Part shown: positions 18,951-26,725 of the stretch, piece by piece
Numbering within the stretch: the first letter of the stretch is position 1
Layout: every line of letters starts with the position of its first letter
Assembly (NCBI GenBank): GCA_964406575.1
Contig: CAYOSH010000018.1
Span: forward strand, 817 to 64,816
Length of the DNA stretch: 64,000 nucleotides
Reading direction: 5' to 3'
DNA from: an uncultured Eubacteriales bacterium
GTDB lineage: Bacteria > Acidobacteriota > Aminicenantia > Aminicenantales > Aminicenantaceae
Made by a program: the position numbers and the translations under genes
The notes under the pieces: generated by a model
What the model saw: only the letters and a program-made list of their open reading frames with translations
The model's database searches: none
Told to the model about the DNA's origin: nothing

Positions 18951-19325
18951 TTATGTTTTCTCTCTGAGCCAGGTGATCTCTAATTTGTTCTTGAAACGAA
19001 GTATTCCATTGTTGATCGGATGGAAATAGACGGGAAGTTCGCATCGTTTAAAATTATTGTCCAAGTAGTGAATGGTGAACAATTTCCATTCTCCTTCCTC
19101 ATCGTTCTTTTTTATCTTCGTGATGGGATAGACCAGGACATCCCCTTCAACTGTTCCAAAAGCAATGGTATCTCTTTGGAGCCCAAGAAAGGACCCCGCA
19201 TATTCCGGTGTTTTGGCTTTCCATGTCCCGATCAATTCATCTGGAACCGTTTTCTGTGCATTGCAATGCCATAAACACAGAACACTTAGAAGAGTGATGG
19301 TGGCCGATAATATTTGTTTTTTCAT
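18951..19325 (-). CDS. hypothetical small secreted protein
   Basis: 124 aa with signal peptide MKKQILSATITLLSVLCLWHCNA. No recognisable family. Confidence 0.6.
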   Translation of the reverse strand: MKKQILSATITLLSVLCLWHCNAQKTVPDELIGTWKAKTPEYAGSFLGLQRDTIAFGTVEGDVLVYPITKIKKNDEEGEWKLFTIHYLDNNFKRCELPVYFHPINNGILRFKNKLEITWLREKT

Positions 19326-19401
19326 AGCAAGACCTCAAAAATGGATTCATGATCTTTGTGATCACAGGGCTTTTCTGGACAGCTCATTCTTTCATCCTCT
19401 T

Positions 19402-21498
19402 TTATGTGACGACCTCCAGGAAGGCTTTCACAACCTGCGAGTCGAATTCTTTTCCCGCTTGTTTTTTGACAAAATCGATTGCGCCCTTCTGACTCAATGC
19501 TTTTCGGTAGGGCCGGTCTGAAGTCAAGGCTTCGAAACGATCGGCCACTGCCAGTATCCTCGCATAAAGGCTAATGGCTTCACCAGAAAGTCCATCCGGA
19601 TATCCGGTGCCGTCAAAGTTCTCGTGGTGTTGTCCGACAAGGGGGAGGATTTCCTCGTAGGCAGGGATCGGCTCCAATATGCGAACTCCCAGGACCACAT
19701 GCTTTCCTACTAACGTTCTCTCCTCAGGATTCAGTCCTCCAGGCTTATCCAGAATTTCGTGAGAGACTCCCAATTTGCCGACATCATGGAGAAGTCCTCC
19801 TCTGTGCAGGATGTCAATTTCATGGGAGCTGAGCTTTAATTTTTTACCTATTTTTAACGCGATCTGGGTGACTCTTTCGGAGTGACCTGCTGTCCATGGG
19901 GATTTGGCATCGATGGCTCTGGCAAAAGCTGTGAGTGTCCCGAGATTGAATTGGTTGAGCTCTTCGATCAATCTCATGTTTGACAGCGCGACGGCAACTT
20001 GCTCTGCCAATTGGCGTGCGTGGGCGATATCCACCTCTTCGAGAGAAGGAGCTTGATTATAGCCGAGGGCGATGATTCCGGATAGTTCATTCTTGAGAAA
20101 CATTGGGAGGGCTAAATACGAGACAGCCTTTTTCCTTGCTAGAGGCAAAAGGTAGGTAGGGATTTCTTCATCCTGTGCAATGAACAGCTTTTCAGGATTG
20201 TTCTGGAGGAGTTTTATCTCGGCCTCTCTGATTTTCACGAACTCAGTGTAATGCTCGCTCCGGGGATTCCCGGTGTTCACATATGTGTGCATGGATCCTT
20301 TATCACTCGGATCGAATAATGAAATACTTACCGAATCACAAGGGAATACCTGGCGCATATGTTCAAGAACGACTTCAACAATTTTTTTGGTGTCAAGTGC
20401 TAGCAGAATGGCTCGGTCAATGTCAACCATGGCCGTTAATGTTTTAAACTGTTTTCCCAGTTGACTGGCCATGGAGTTAAAAGAATCAGCAAGCTCTGCA
20501 AATTCGTCCCGGCTGTCGACCTTGACGTAAGTATCAAAGTCCGTTTGGGCAATGCGCTGCGTCCCTTCTTTAAGTTTTTCCAGGGGGATCATGCTCTTTC
20601 TGATCTGATTGACGCTGAGAAATAACACCACCCACAACGAGGCAAGGATGATCCAGGGAAAGGTGTTTTTGAAATTGGCGAGAGGCGCGAGCATTGTGGA
20701 TTTCGATTTAAAAACGATCACATTCCAGTCCGGGCTATAAAATTTGCTCATTAAGAAGAGGGACCAGTAACTTGCCAGATACTTTTCCTCCCTGTATTCC
20801 CATTCAAATTGGCCTGAAGTGCTCGATTGGATCTCAAACATAACCGATTTGGGAAGAGATATCTCCTCTCCGAATGAAGAGAATAAGCTCGTGGACTGAG
20901 AGTTCATGATGGTGAGTGCAGTGGCAGCTGGCAGGGGACTCTCATATCCCATGAACCAGAGGTACATGGGATCGATTTCAGCCAGTAGGACTCCCAAATT
21001 TCTGTCCTTTGAATCAAGAGCTGAGACCATAAATATTCGAGATTGCTCCTGTAGCGAAGCTTGAGTGAAGATCAAAGTTTCACCCGAAAAAATTTTATGT
21101 TCGTCTGAGGGATTGAGAACAGGAGGATCGGGAATGTGCCCGAATAAGACGATGGATTCGCCCTCACTCTGAAGCCAGATTAGACCTTTGAATCTGTCTT
21201 TAAGGGTAGAATCAGCAAATGGCATCTCTTGTTGATCATTGACGTTTGTGTACGGTCCGAGGTTGGATACGATCATTCTCATTTCAGATTCAATAAGGAG
21301 CAGGCGTTCAAAGATGGCCATTCCCATGGATTTGCTTATTTGCTGGAGCTCTCTCTGCGTCTGGTCATAGAGTTGACTCGTCATGTTTGTATAAGTAATG
21401 ATGGCGAGAGTTGTTATGGGGAGCAGTGCGCAGAGAATAAAGAGGACAAAAATACGCCGGGCGACTTTACTCTGAAGGAAGGCTCTTTGGATCTTCAT
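19402..21498 (-). CDS. sensor protein: periplasmic domain, HAMP, GAF and HD-GYP phosphodiesterase
   Basis: 698 aa with two TM helices flanking a roughly 250-aa extracytoplasmic region. HAMP-like LEKLKEGTQRIAQTDF. The HD..HDVGK..HHENFDGTGYPDGL signature marks HD-GYP c-di-GMP phosphodiesterases. Confidence 0.9.
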   Translation of the reverse strand: MKIQRAFLQSKVARRIFVLFILCALLPITTLAIITYTNMTSQLYDQTQRELQQISKSMGMAIFERLLLIESEMRMIVSNLGPYTNVNDQQEMPFADSTLKDRFKGLIWLQSEGESIVLFGHIPDPPVLNPSDEHKIFSGETLIFTQASLQEQSRIFMVSALDSKDRNLGVLLAEIDPMYLWFMGYESPLPAATALTIMNSQSTSLFSSFGEEISLPKSVMFEIQSSTSGQFEWEYREEKYLASYWSLFLMSKFYSPDWNVIVFKSKSTMLAPLANFKNTFPWIILASLWVVLFLSVNQIRKSMIPLEKLKEGTQRIAQTDFDTYVKVDSRDEFAELADSFNSMASQLGKQFKTLTAMVDIDRAILLALDTKKIVEVVLEHMRQVFPCDSVSISLFDPSDKGSMHTYVNTGNPRSEHYTEFVKIREAEIKLLQNNPEKLFIAQDEEIPTYLLPLARKKAVSYLALPMFLKNELSGIIALGYNQAPSLEEVDIAHARQLAEQVAVALSNMRLIEELNQFNLGTLTAFARAIDAKSPWTAGHSERVTQIALKIGKKLKLSSHEIDILHRGGLLHDVGKLGVSHEILDKPGGLNPEERTLVGKHVVLGVRILEPIPAYEEILPLVGQHHENFDGTGYPDGLSGEAISLYARILAVADRFEALTSDRPYRKALSQKGAIDFVKKQAGKEFDSQVVKAFLEVVT

Positions 21499-21513
21499 CC
21501 ATGGATTTCCCGG

Positions 21514-22038
21514 CTAATATTTGGAAGCAAGGTCAATAAATCGGCCGTTGTTGGCACGGATGATATCGTCATGACTGGCCTTGGCTGTTAGAGGTGCCAC
21601 ACTCTCTCCATCTTTACCCACGCTGTAGAGGTCAAAATCGTAATTGAGCGGTACGAGGAATCGGTCTTTTCGCCACTTTCCGTTGATCTCGTTTTTGTCC
21701 TTACCGAAGATCACCAGGTATTCATAGGCGAATCCATAGGGATCGTACAGCTTGGGGAGGTCAAGCTCTTCCAGTGTTTCTGGATATTGACCGTAGTCCA
21801 CAAAGTGATCCGTGATCTTATTGCCCATTATCGCGATGTCGGAACAAGCTTGGCTAATCCTTGCCCTTTCGGCCATTCGTTCAAATCCGGGCATCGCCAC
21901 AACAAGAAGAGTTGCCAAAATCGCCACAACCAGAAGGACTTCGATAAAAGTAAACCCAAACTTCTGCTGTTTCTGTCTGAACGTAAGAGAATGCAGGAAG
22001 TTTGATTCCAAGATCGTCAACCTCCACTTAGTTTTCAT
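21514..22038 (-). CDS. GspG-like pseudopilin (prepilin-type N-terminal cleavage/methylation domain)
   Basis: KFG/FTFIEVLLVVAILATL is a class III signal. DPYGFAYEY..DLYSVGKDGES is GspG-like. The start chosen is the ATG at 22038; the track ORF extends to 22101. 15-nt gap to the HD-GYP gene. Confidence 0.8.
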   Translation of the reverse strand: MKTKWRLTILESNFLHSLTFRQKQQKFGFTFIEVLLVVAILATLLVVAMPGFERMAERARISQACSDIAIMGNKITDHFVDYGQYPETLEELDLPKLYDPYGFAYEYLVIFGKDKNEINGKWRKDRFLVPLNYDFDLYSVGKDGESVAPLTAKASHDDIIRANNGRFIDLASKY

Positions 22039-22164
22039 GACAGAGCTGGATATTATAAAATTCATGCGTATTAATAATGCAATAAGTACGAATTTTTGCA
22101 CAATCGCCTACAGAGATGGTATGAAGGGTGATATTTTGAGTAGTATTTTCACCCTTAACGATGA

Positions 22165-22212
22165 GGTTGGATGGTTGGGGGGACTGGTTGGGGACTGGTT
22201 GGGGGGACGGGC
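22165..22212 (+). repeat. G-rich short tandem repeat (TGGTTGGGG x3) with G-quadruplex-type spacing
   Basis: ACTGGTTGGGG is repeated exactly at 22183-22193 and 22194-22204, with a partial copy at 22171-22180. G-runs lie at 22177-82, 22190-93, 22201-06 and 22209-11, separated by loops of 7 nt or fewer. Confidence 0.6.
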
Positions 22213-22326
22213 CATGCTAACATATTGATGTTCAATAAGATAAGGCGTTATAACCCCTCAATAAGGACCTTAAAGCGTCTATTTTGGGGGTAATATGAGC
22301 GTTCTAAGGAAAAAATATGATTAGGT

Positions 22327-22354
22327 TTGAAAATCGATAAATAGCACGTATAAT
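22327..22354 (+). promoter_or_regulatory. sigma70-like promoter TTGAAA-N16-TATAAT
   Basis: TTGAAA at 22327-22332 and TATAAT at 22349-22354. It lies 35 nt upstream of the ATG at 22390, which has the RBS GAGGAGG. Confidence 0.5.
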
Positions 22355-22389
22355 GAGTGAAGAAATTCAGGGATCGCGTTTGAGGAGGC

Positions 22390-22887
22390 ATGAAAATGGG
22401 GATGGACAGCAAGACCATTCGTTTTACTCTTAATGATAGGCCTGTGCAGTTAGCGGTGCGCGAAGATCGGATGCTGCTTTGGGTGCTGCGCACGGAATTT
22501 GGTTTAACGGGAGCAAAATTCGGATGCGGAGAGGGCTTTTGTGGAGCCTGCACGGTTCTCATCAACAATGAGCCAGTCCGTTCTTGCCAGTATCCTATGA
22601 AGGATATTGAAGAGAAAAAAGTGCTCACCATCGAGGGATTGGCGAAAAACGGTGAGCTCCACCCGATTCAGAAAGCTTTTGTTGACCACGATGCCCTTCA
22701 GTGTGGGTTTTGCACACCTGGGATGATATTAACAGCCTACAGTCTGTTTTTGAAAAATTCCAAACCTTCTCAGGCTGATATCATAAAAGCTTTGGACGAT
22801 AACCTCTGCCGCTGTGGGGCTCACACGCGAATCATACAGGCGTTAAATGCTGCTGCTGTATCAATGGGTGGGGGGAAGTCAAGATGA
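22390..22887 (+). CDS. (2Fe-2S)-binding small subunit of a molybdo-oxidoreductase (IorA/CoxS-like)
   Basis: Cluster motifs CGEGFCGACTV..C and CGFCTPGMI..C..CRCG. Confidence 0.92.
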   Translation: MKMGMDSKTIRFTLNDRPVQLAVREDRMLLWVLRTEFGLTGAKFGCGEGFCGACTVLINNEPVRSCQYPMKDIEEKKVLTIEGLAKNGELHPIQKAFVDHDALQCGFCTPGMILTAYSLFLKNSKPSQADIIKALDDNLCRCGAHTRIIQALNAAAVSMGGGKSR

Positions 22888-25046
22888 ACGATGAAAAATA
22901 TATCGATCAAGAATTGGCTGAGATGGCGGCTCCATTCACCGTCAACCGCCGGGAATTCCTTAAACTCTTGGGCGGCGGGATCATTGTCAGTTTCTCCTTG
23001 GAGAACATCTATGGTTGGGGGGAACCTGCACAGCAGCGAAGATCTCGCCGGGAACCCGATGACCTCAATGCGTATCTCATAGTTGGAGAAGATGGGACTG
23101 TGACCTGTCTTTCAGGAAAGATCGAAATGGGACAGGGGGTGATCACCTCTCTTCCCCAGATGCTGGCTGAAGAACTCGAAGTTCCCCTAAAATCTGTGAA
23201 CATTGTGCTGGGCGATACAGACCTTTGCCCTTGGGATATGGGAACTTTTGGTTCAAGGAGCACAAAATTTTATGGCCCGCTTTTGCGTGCAGCGGCGGCC
23301 AAAGCAAGGGAGATCCTCATAGAGCTTGCCGCAGAAGAGCTTGCCCTGTCGAAGGATAAACTCACCGTCAAAGAGGGTTTTGTCCTTGAAAAAAACAATC
23401 CAAAGAACAAGGTCTCTTACGCATCTCTGACCAAAGGGAAACGCATAGAGCGTCATCTGGAAAAAGATGCCCCACTCAAGTCTGTATCGGATTTTACCGT
23501 GTGCGGGCAGCCCAGATATCGGACAGATTCTCTAGTGAAGGTCACAGGGGATGCTAAATTTGCCGGCGATATCCGGCTCGAAGGCATGTTGTATGCGCGG
23601 ATATTACGACCTCCTGCCCACAGAGCTCAGCTTAAAAGCGTCGATACCTCAGAAGCCGAACAAATGAATAACGTCCGGCTAGTTCGTGACGGAGACCTGA
23701 TTGCTACCCTTCATCCGACGCCAGACGGCGCAGAGGAAGCTCTCAAAAAAATTCAAGCGGAGTTCGATGTCCCCGAAGAAGACCTGGACCATACGAACAT
23801 CTATGAGCACCTTTTGAAGCTTCCATCAGAATCCAACATCATCGAACAAAAAGGGGATCTGGAAGAGGGAAAAAAATCATCTGCGAAACTTATTGAAGGA
23901 TCCTACTACAACTGTTACGTTGCCCATGCACCCATAGAGACCCACACGGCATTGGCCCAAGTGGAGGGAAACAAAGCAGTCATCTGGGCCTCCACCCAAA
24001 CGCCATTCCGCGCAAAGGACGAAGTTGCAGAGGTGCTGGGTCTGCCTGCGGAGAATGTCAGGGTGATCACTCCTTTTGTCGGCGGAGGATTCGGCGGCAA
24101 AACCCACAACGGTCAGATTGTCGAAGCCGCCAGATTGTCCAAATTAGCCGGAAAACCAGTCCAGGTTGCCTGGACCCGGGCCGAAGAATTCCTATTTGAC
24201 AACTACCGGCCAGCGTCTATTATCAAGATCAAATCCGGACTCGACGATCAAAACAGGATTGTCTACTGGCATTTCGAGAATTTCTACGCAGGCGAAAGAA
24301 GCTCCCAGATGTATTATGACGTTCCTAATTACCAAACGGTTATGCGCGGAGGCTGGGGAAGAGGAGGCTCGGGCACTCACCCTTTTGGCGTTGGCGCCTG
24401 GAGAGGGCCTGGGAGTAATACAAACATCTACGCAAGGGAATCCCATATCGATGTCATGGCTTCGTTGGCGGGGGCTGATCCCCTTGAATTCCGCCTGAAA
24501 AACCTCGGTAACGACAAGAGAATGCAAAGAGTCCTTAATGCTGCCGCAGAGAAATTCGGTTGGAAATCCGCCAAATCGCCGAGCAGCCGGGGCCATGGAA
24601 TCGCCTGTCTTGATTACCTGGGGACCTATGTCGCCCTCTGTGCCCATGTGGAAGTCGATAAAAAAACCGGGAAGATCCAGGCCAAACGAATCGTTGTCGC
24701 TCAGGATACGGGAACCATCATCAATCCCCAGGGCATTACAATCCAGATCGAAGGCTGCGTAGCAATGGGACTGGGCTATTGCCTGACCGAAGAGATCCAC
24801 TTCAAGGGAGGAAAGATCCTCGACACAAATTTCGACACATACGAATTTTCACGGTTCTCCTTGGTACCGAAGATCGAAGTCATGCTTGTTGCGAACCCGA
24901 ATTTAGCGCCGCAGGGCTGCGGAGAGCCGGCTATCACTGGCATGGGGGCTGTTATGGCCAATGCCGTCTACGACGCCATCGGCGTCCGTTTCTTCGAACT
25001 CCCCATGACCCCAGATCGTGTCAAGGCCAAACTTTCTGAAGCATAA
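22884..25046 (+). CDS. molybdopterin-binding subunit of the xanthine dehydrogenase/aldehyde oxidase family (IorB-like), Tat-type signal
   Basis: 720 aa. RREFLKLLGGGIIVSF is a twin-arginine-like N-terminus. GGGFGGK and GEPAITG.. are characteristic motifs. ATGA overlap with the small subunit. Confidence 0.92.
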   Translation: MNDEKYIDQELAEMAAPFTVNRREFLKLLGGGIIVSFSLENIYGWGEPAQQRRSRREPDDLNAYLIVGEDGTVTCLSGKIEMGQGVITSLPQMLAEELEVPLKSVNIVLGDTDLCPWDMGTFGSRSTKFYGPLLRAAAAKAREILIELAAEELALSKDKLTVKEGFVLEKNNPKNKVSYASLTKGKRIERHLEKDAPLKSVSDFTVCGQPRYRTDSLVKVTGDAKFAGDIRLEGMLYARILRPPAHRAQLKSVDTSEAEQMNNVRLVRDGDLIATLHPTPDGAEEALKKIQAEFDVPEEDLDHTNIYEHLLKLPSESNIIEQKGDLEEGKKSSAKLIEGSYYNCYVAHAPIETHTALAQVEGNKAVIWASTQTPFRAKDEVAEVLGLPAENVRVITPFVGGGFGGKTHNGQIVEAARLSKLAGKPVQVAWTRAEEFLFDNYRPASIIKIKSGLDDQNRIVYWHFENFYAGERSSQMYYDVPNYQTVMRGGWGRGGSGTHPFGVGAWRGPGSNTNIYARESHIDVMASLAGADPLEFRLKNLGNDKRMQRVLNAAAEKFGWKSAKSPSSRGHGIACLDYLGTYVALCAHVEVDKKTGKIQAKRIVVAQDTGTIINPQGITIQIEGCVAMGLGYCLTEEIHFKGGKILDTNFDTYEFSRFSLVPKIEVMLVANPNLAPQGCGEPAITGMGAVMANAVYDAIGVRFFELPMTPDRVKAKLSEA

Positions 25047-25056
25047 TAATTGCTGC

Positions 25057-25072
25057 CAGCTTATGAAAGCTG
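25057..25072. terminator. short hairpin between convergent genes
   Basis: CAGCTT-ATGA-AAGCTG has a 6-bp stem. No U-tract on either strand, so this is weak. Confidence 0.3.
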
Positions 25073-25116
25073 AACGATGGATTGGATATCACAATAAGTA
25101 ACGCGAAATTGGAGAT

Positions 25117-26466
25117 CTAATTTCCTGAACGATCCCAATTCTTATTCATCGTGGGCTCCGACACCCACTTCTCCCCATCAAAGTAAAGAAAGTCTTTTTC
25201 TAATCCGATAATATAATCTTCATTCAGAAGGCTATTTAATTTTCCTTCAGCAACAGCCTTTTTGTGTATGATCTGCGTCCCATGACTTAGCCTTATATCC
25301 TGGAGCCGAAGTTTAAAATCAAGTTCATATATTATTCTACAAAGCCCAGCTGTTACAGCTAATCTTTTATCCTTAAGCACGTCAATCTGTGAAAGCGATT
25401 CCATTAAAGCGTCGAGCAAGGTAATATCGACTCGAGGGAAAAGGATATAATATTTTTCTGTTCCTGGCTCGAGGTTTTCGCACTTGTAGAAGCTTTTCAT
25501 CTGAGGAGAACTTCCTCCGATCGATAACGCATCAAAAACAATGAGACAGGGCCTGGCATATTCGTTGTTCATTCCTGCGATAATGAGATCCATTCTTCCG
25601 TCTTCTTCCAGGTCAATTGATACCAGATCCTTCAGTTGACCAGAATTCCAGTATTCACCTATTATTTCTCCGTCTGGATTCAAGATCGCTAGCTGTGTGG
25701 GGAAGTTTGGGTATTGATAGGCAATAACTGCGATCTCAAGCTTTCCATCGTCGTTCAAATCGATTGCTTCAAACCCATATATTCTGTAGTCTTGAGCATA
25801 AATTTTTTCTCCGTATTTCAGTTCTCTTCCGCTTTTAAAATCCCAAAGGATCTTTCCCTTATGATTGAAACAGAAAAATCTTCCCTCTCCCAGCTGGGAT
25901 ATTGTTCGTGTACAGAACAATACTTCTTTGTGATTGTCATTATCAATATCCTTCATCATAATCTGTGGAAGATTTATTCTTCCTGTTTCATCTAAACTAC
26001 GTCTTTTCACTTGAAAGCGATCTCGATATTCTAGTTGGCTCACAAGATCTTCAAGCCCTGTGTCATACCGCCACAGTTCTTTCCCCTCTTCGTTCAAAAT
26101 GATTAGGTAAGAATTTTGAATCCTGAAATCTGCGGGGACAGGAGATATTGGACCTTTTAGAAATTGGAAGTAAATAATGACTCCTCCAACGATTACCAGC
26201 GGCAGGAGAAACGAAAGGCGTATTTGTATTTTTAACTTCGGTGATTTTGCTCTGGCAAGAGAAGAATTCCTATGATTCCGACTCCGAAGCCAATTATCCA
26301 GCTCATCCCTGTAAGCATAAACCCTGGACTTGGATTCTTCGTCGACTCTGTAAACAGGCAAATCATACTTCTTTTCCCATCTGTAACATGTCCGGATATC
26401 ACAATCCAGGTAGGAAGCAATTTCTTTCCACGACGATAGCAGATTATCTCTTCTTGTGTTCCCCAT
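25117..26466 (-). CDS. membrane-tethered HTH protein with extracytoplasmic FG-GAP/VCBS-like repeats
   Basis: N-terminal SWKEIASYLDCDIRTCYRWEKKYDLPVYRV is an excisionase/MerR-like HTH. One TM helix (LSFLLPLVIVGGVIIYFQF). Three DxDxDG-like repeats follow: DIDNDNHKEVL, DLNDDGKLEIAV and DLEEDGRMDLII. Confidence 0.8.
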   Translation of the reverse strand: MGNTRRDNLLSSWKEIASYLDCDIRTCYRWEKKYDLPVYRVDEESKSRVYAYRDELDNWLRSRNHRNSSLARAKSPKLKIQIRLSFLLPLVIVGGVIIYFQFLKGPISPVPADFRIQNSYLIILNEEGKELWRYDTGLEDLVSQLEYRDRFQVKRRSLDETGRINLPQIMMKDIDNDNHKEVLFCTRTISQLGEGRFFCFNHKGKILWDFKSGRELKYGEKIYAQDYRIYGFEAIDLNDDGKLEIAVIAYQYPNFPTQLAILNPDGEIIGEYWNSGQLKDLVSIDLEEDGRMDLIIAGMNNEYARPCLIVFDALSIGGSSPQMKSFYKCENLEPGTEKYYILFPRVDITLLDALMESLSQIDVLKDKRLAVTAGLCRIIYELDFKLRLQDIRLSHGTQIIHKKAVAEGKLNSLLNEDYIIGLEKDFLYFDGEKWVSEPTMNKNWDRSGN

Positions 26467-26725
26467 TTAAGCTGCCGCAACCATCAAATCAAAATCAGAT
26501 TTTTAAGTCAAGAATTCTTATGCTCTCATAATTTTACACAGAACAATTTTGGAAAAAACATACACTTCTTTATATGGAGGAATGCCCAAAGTTAAGTAAT
26601 TAAGGCAAGAAGGCCCCAGGTTGAGTAAGGCTTGCGGGTCGTGAGCGTGGGCCCTCCCCGGATCAATGTCCTTACTTTCTGCCTGATTTATTGGATTTTT
26701 AGCGCAGCGATTTCCGCTTCTTTCT

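Noticed and set aside
24192-24800. 202-aa ORF on the minus strand
   Set aside because: It is antisense to the molybdopterin subunit gene and is a typical shadow ORF. The same applies to 23009-23263, 23253-23456, 23877-24107 and 24776-24961.
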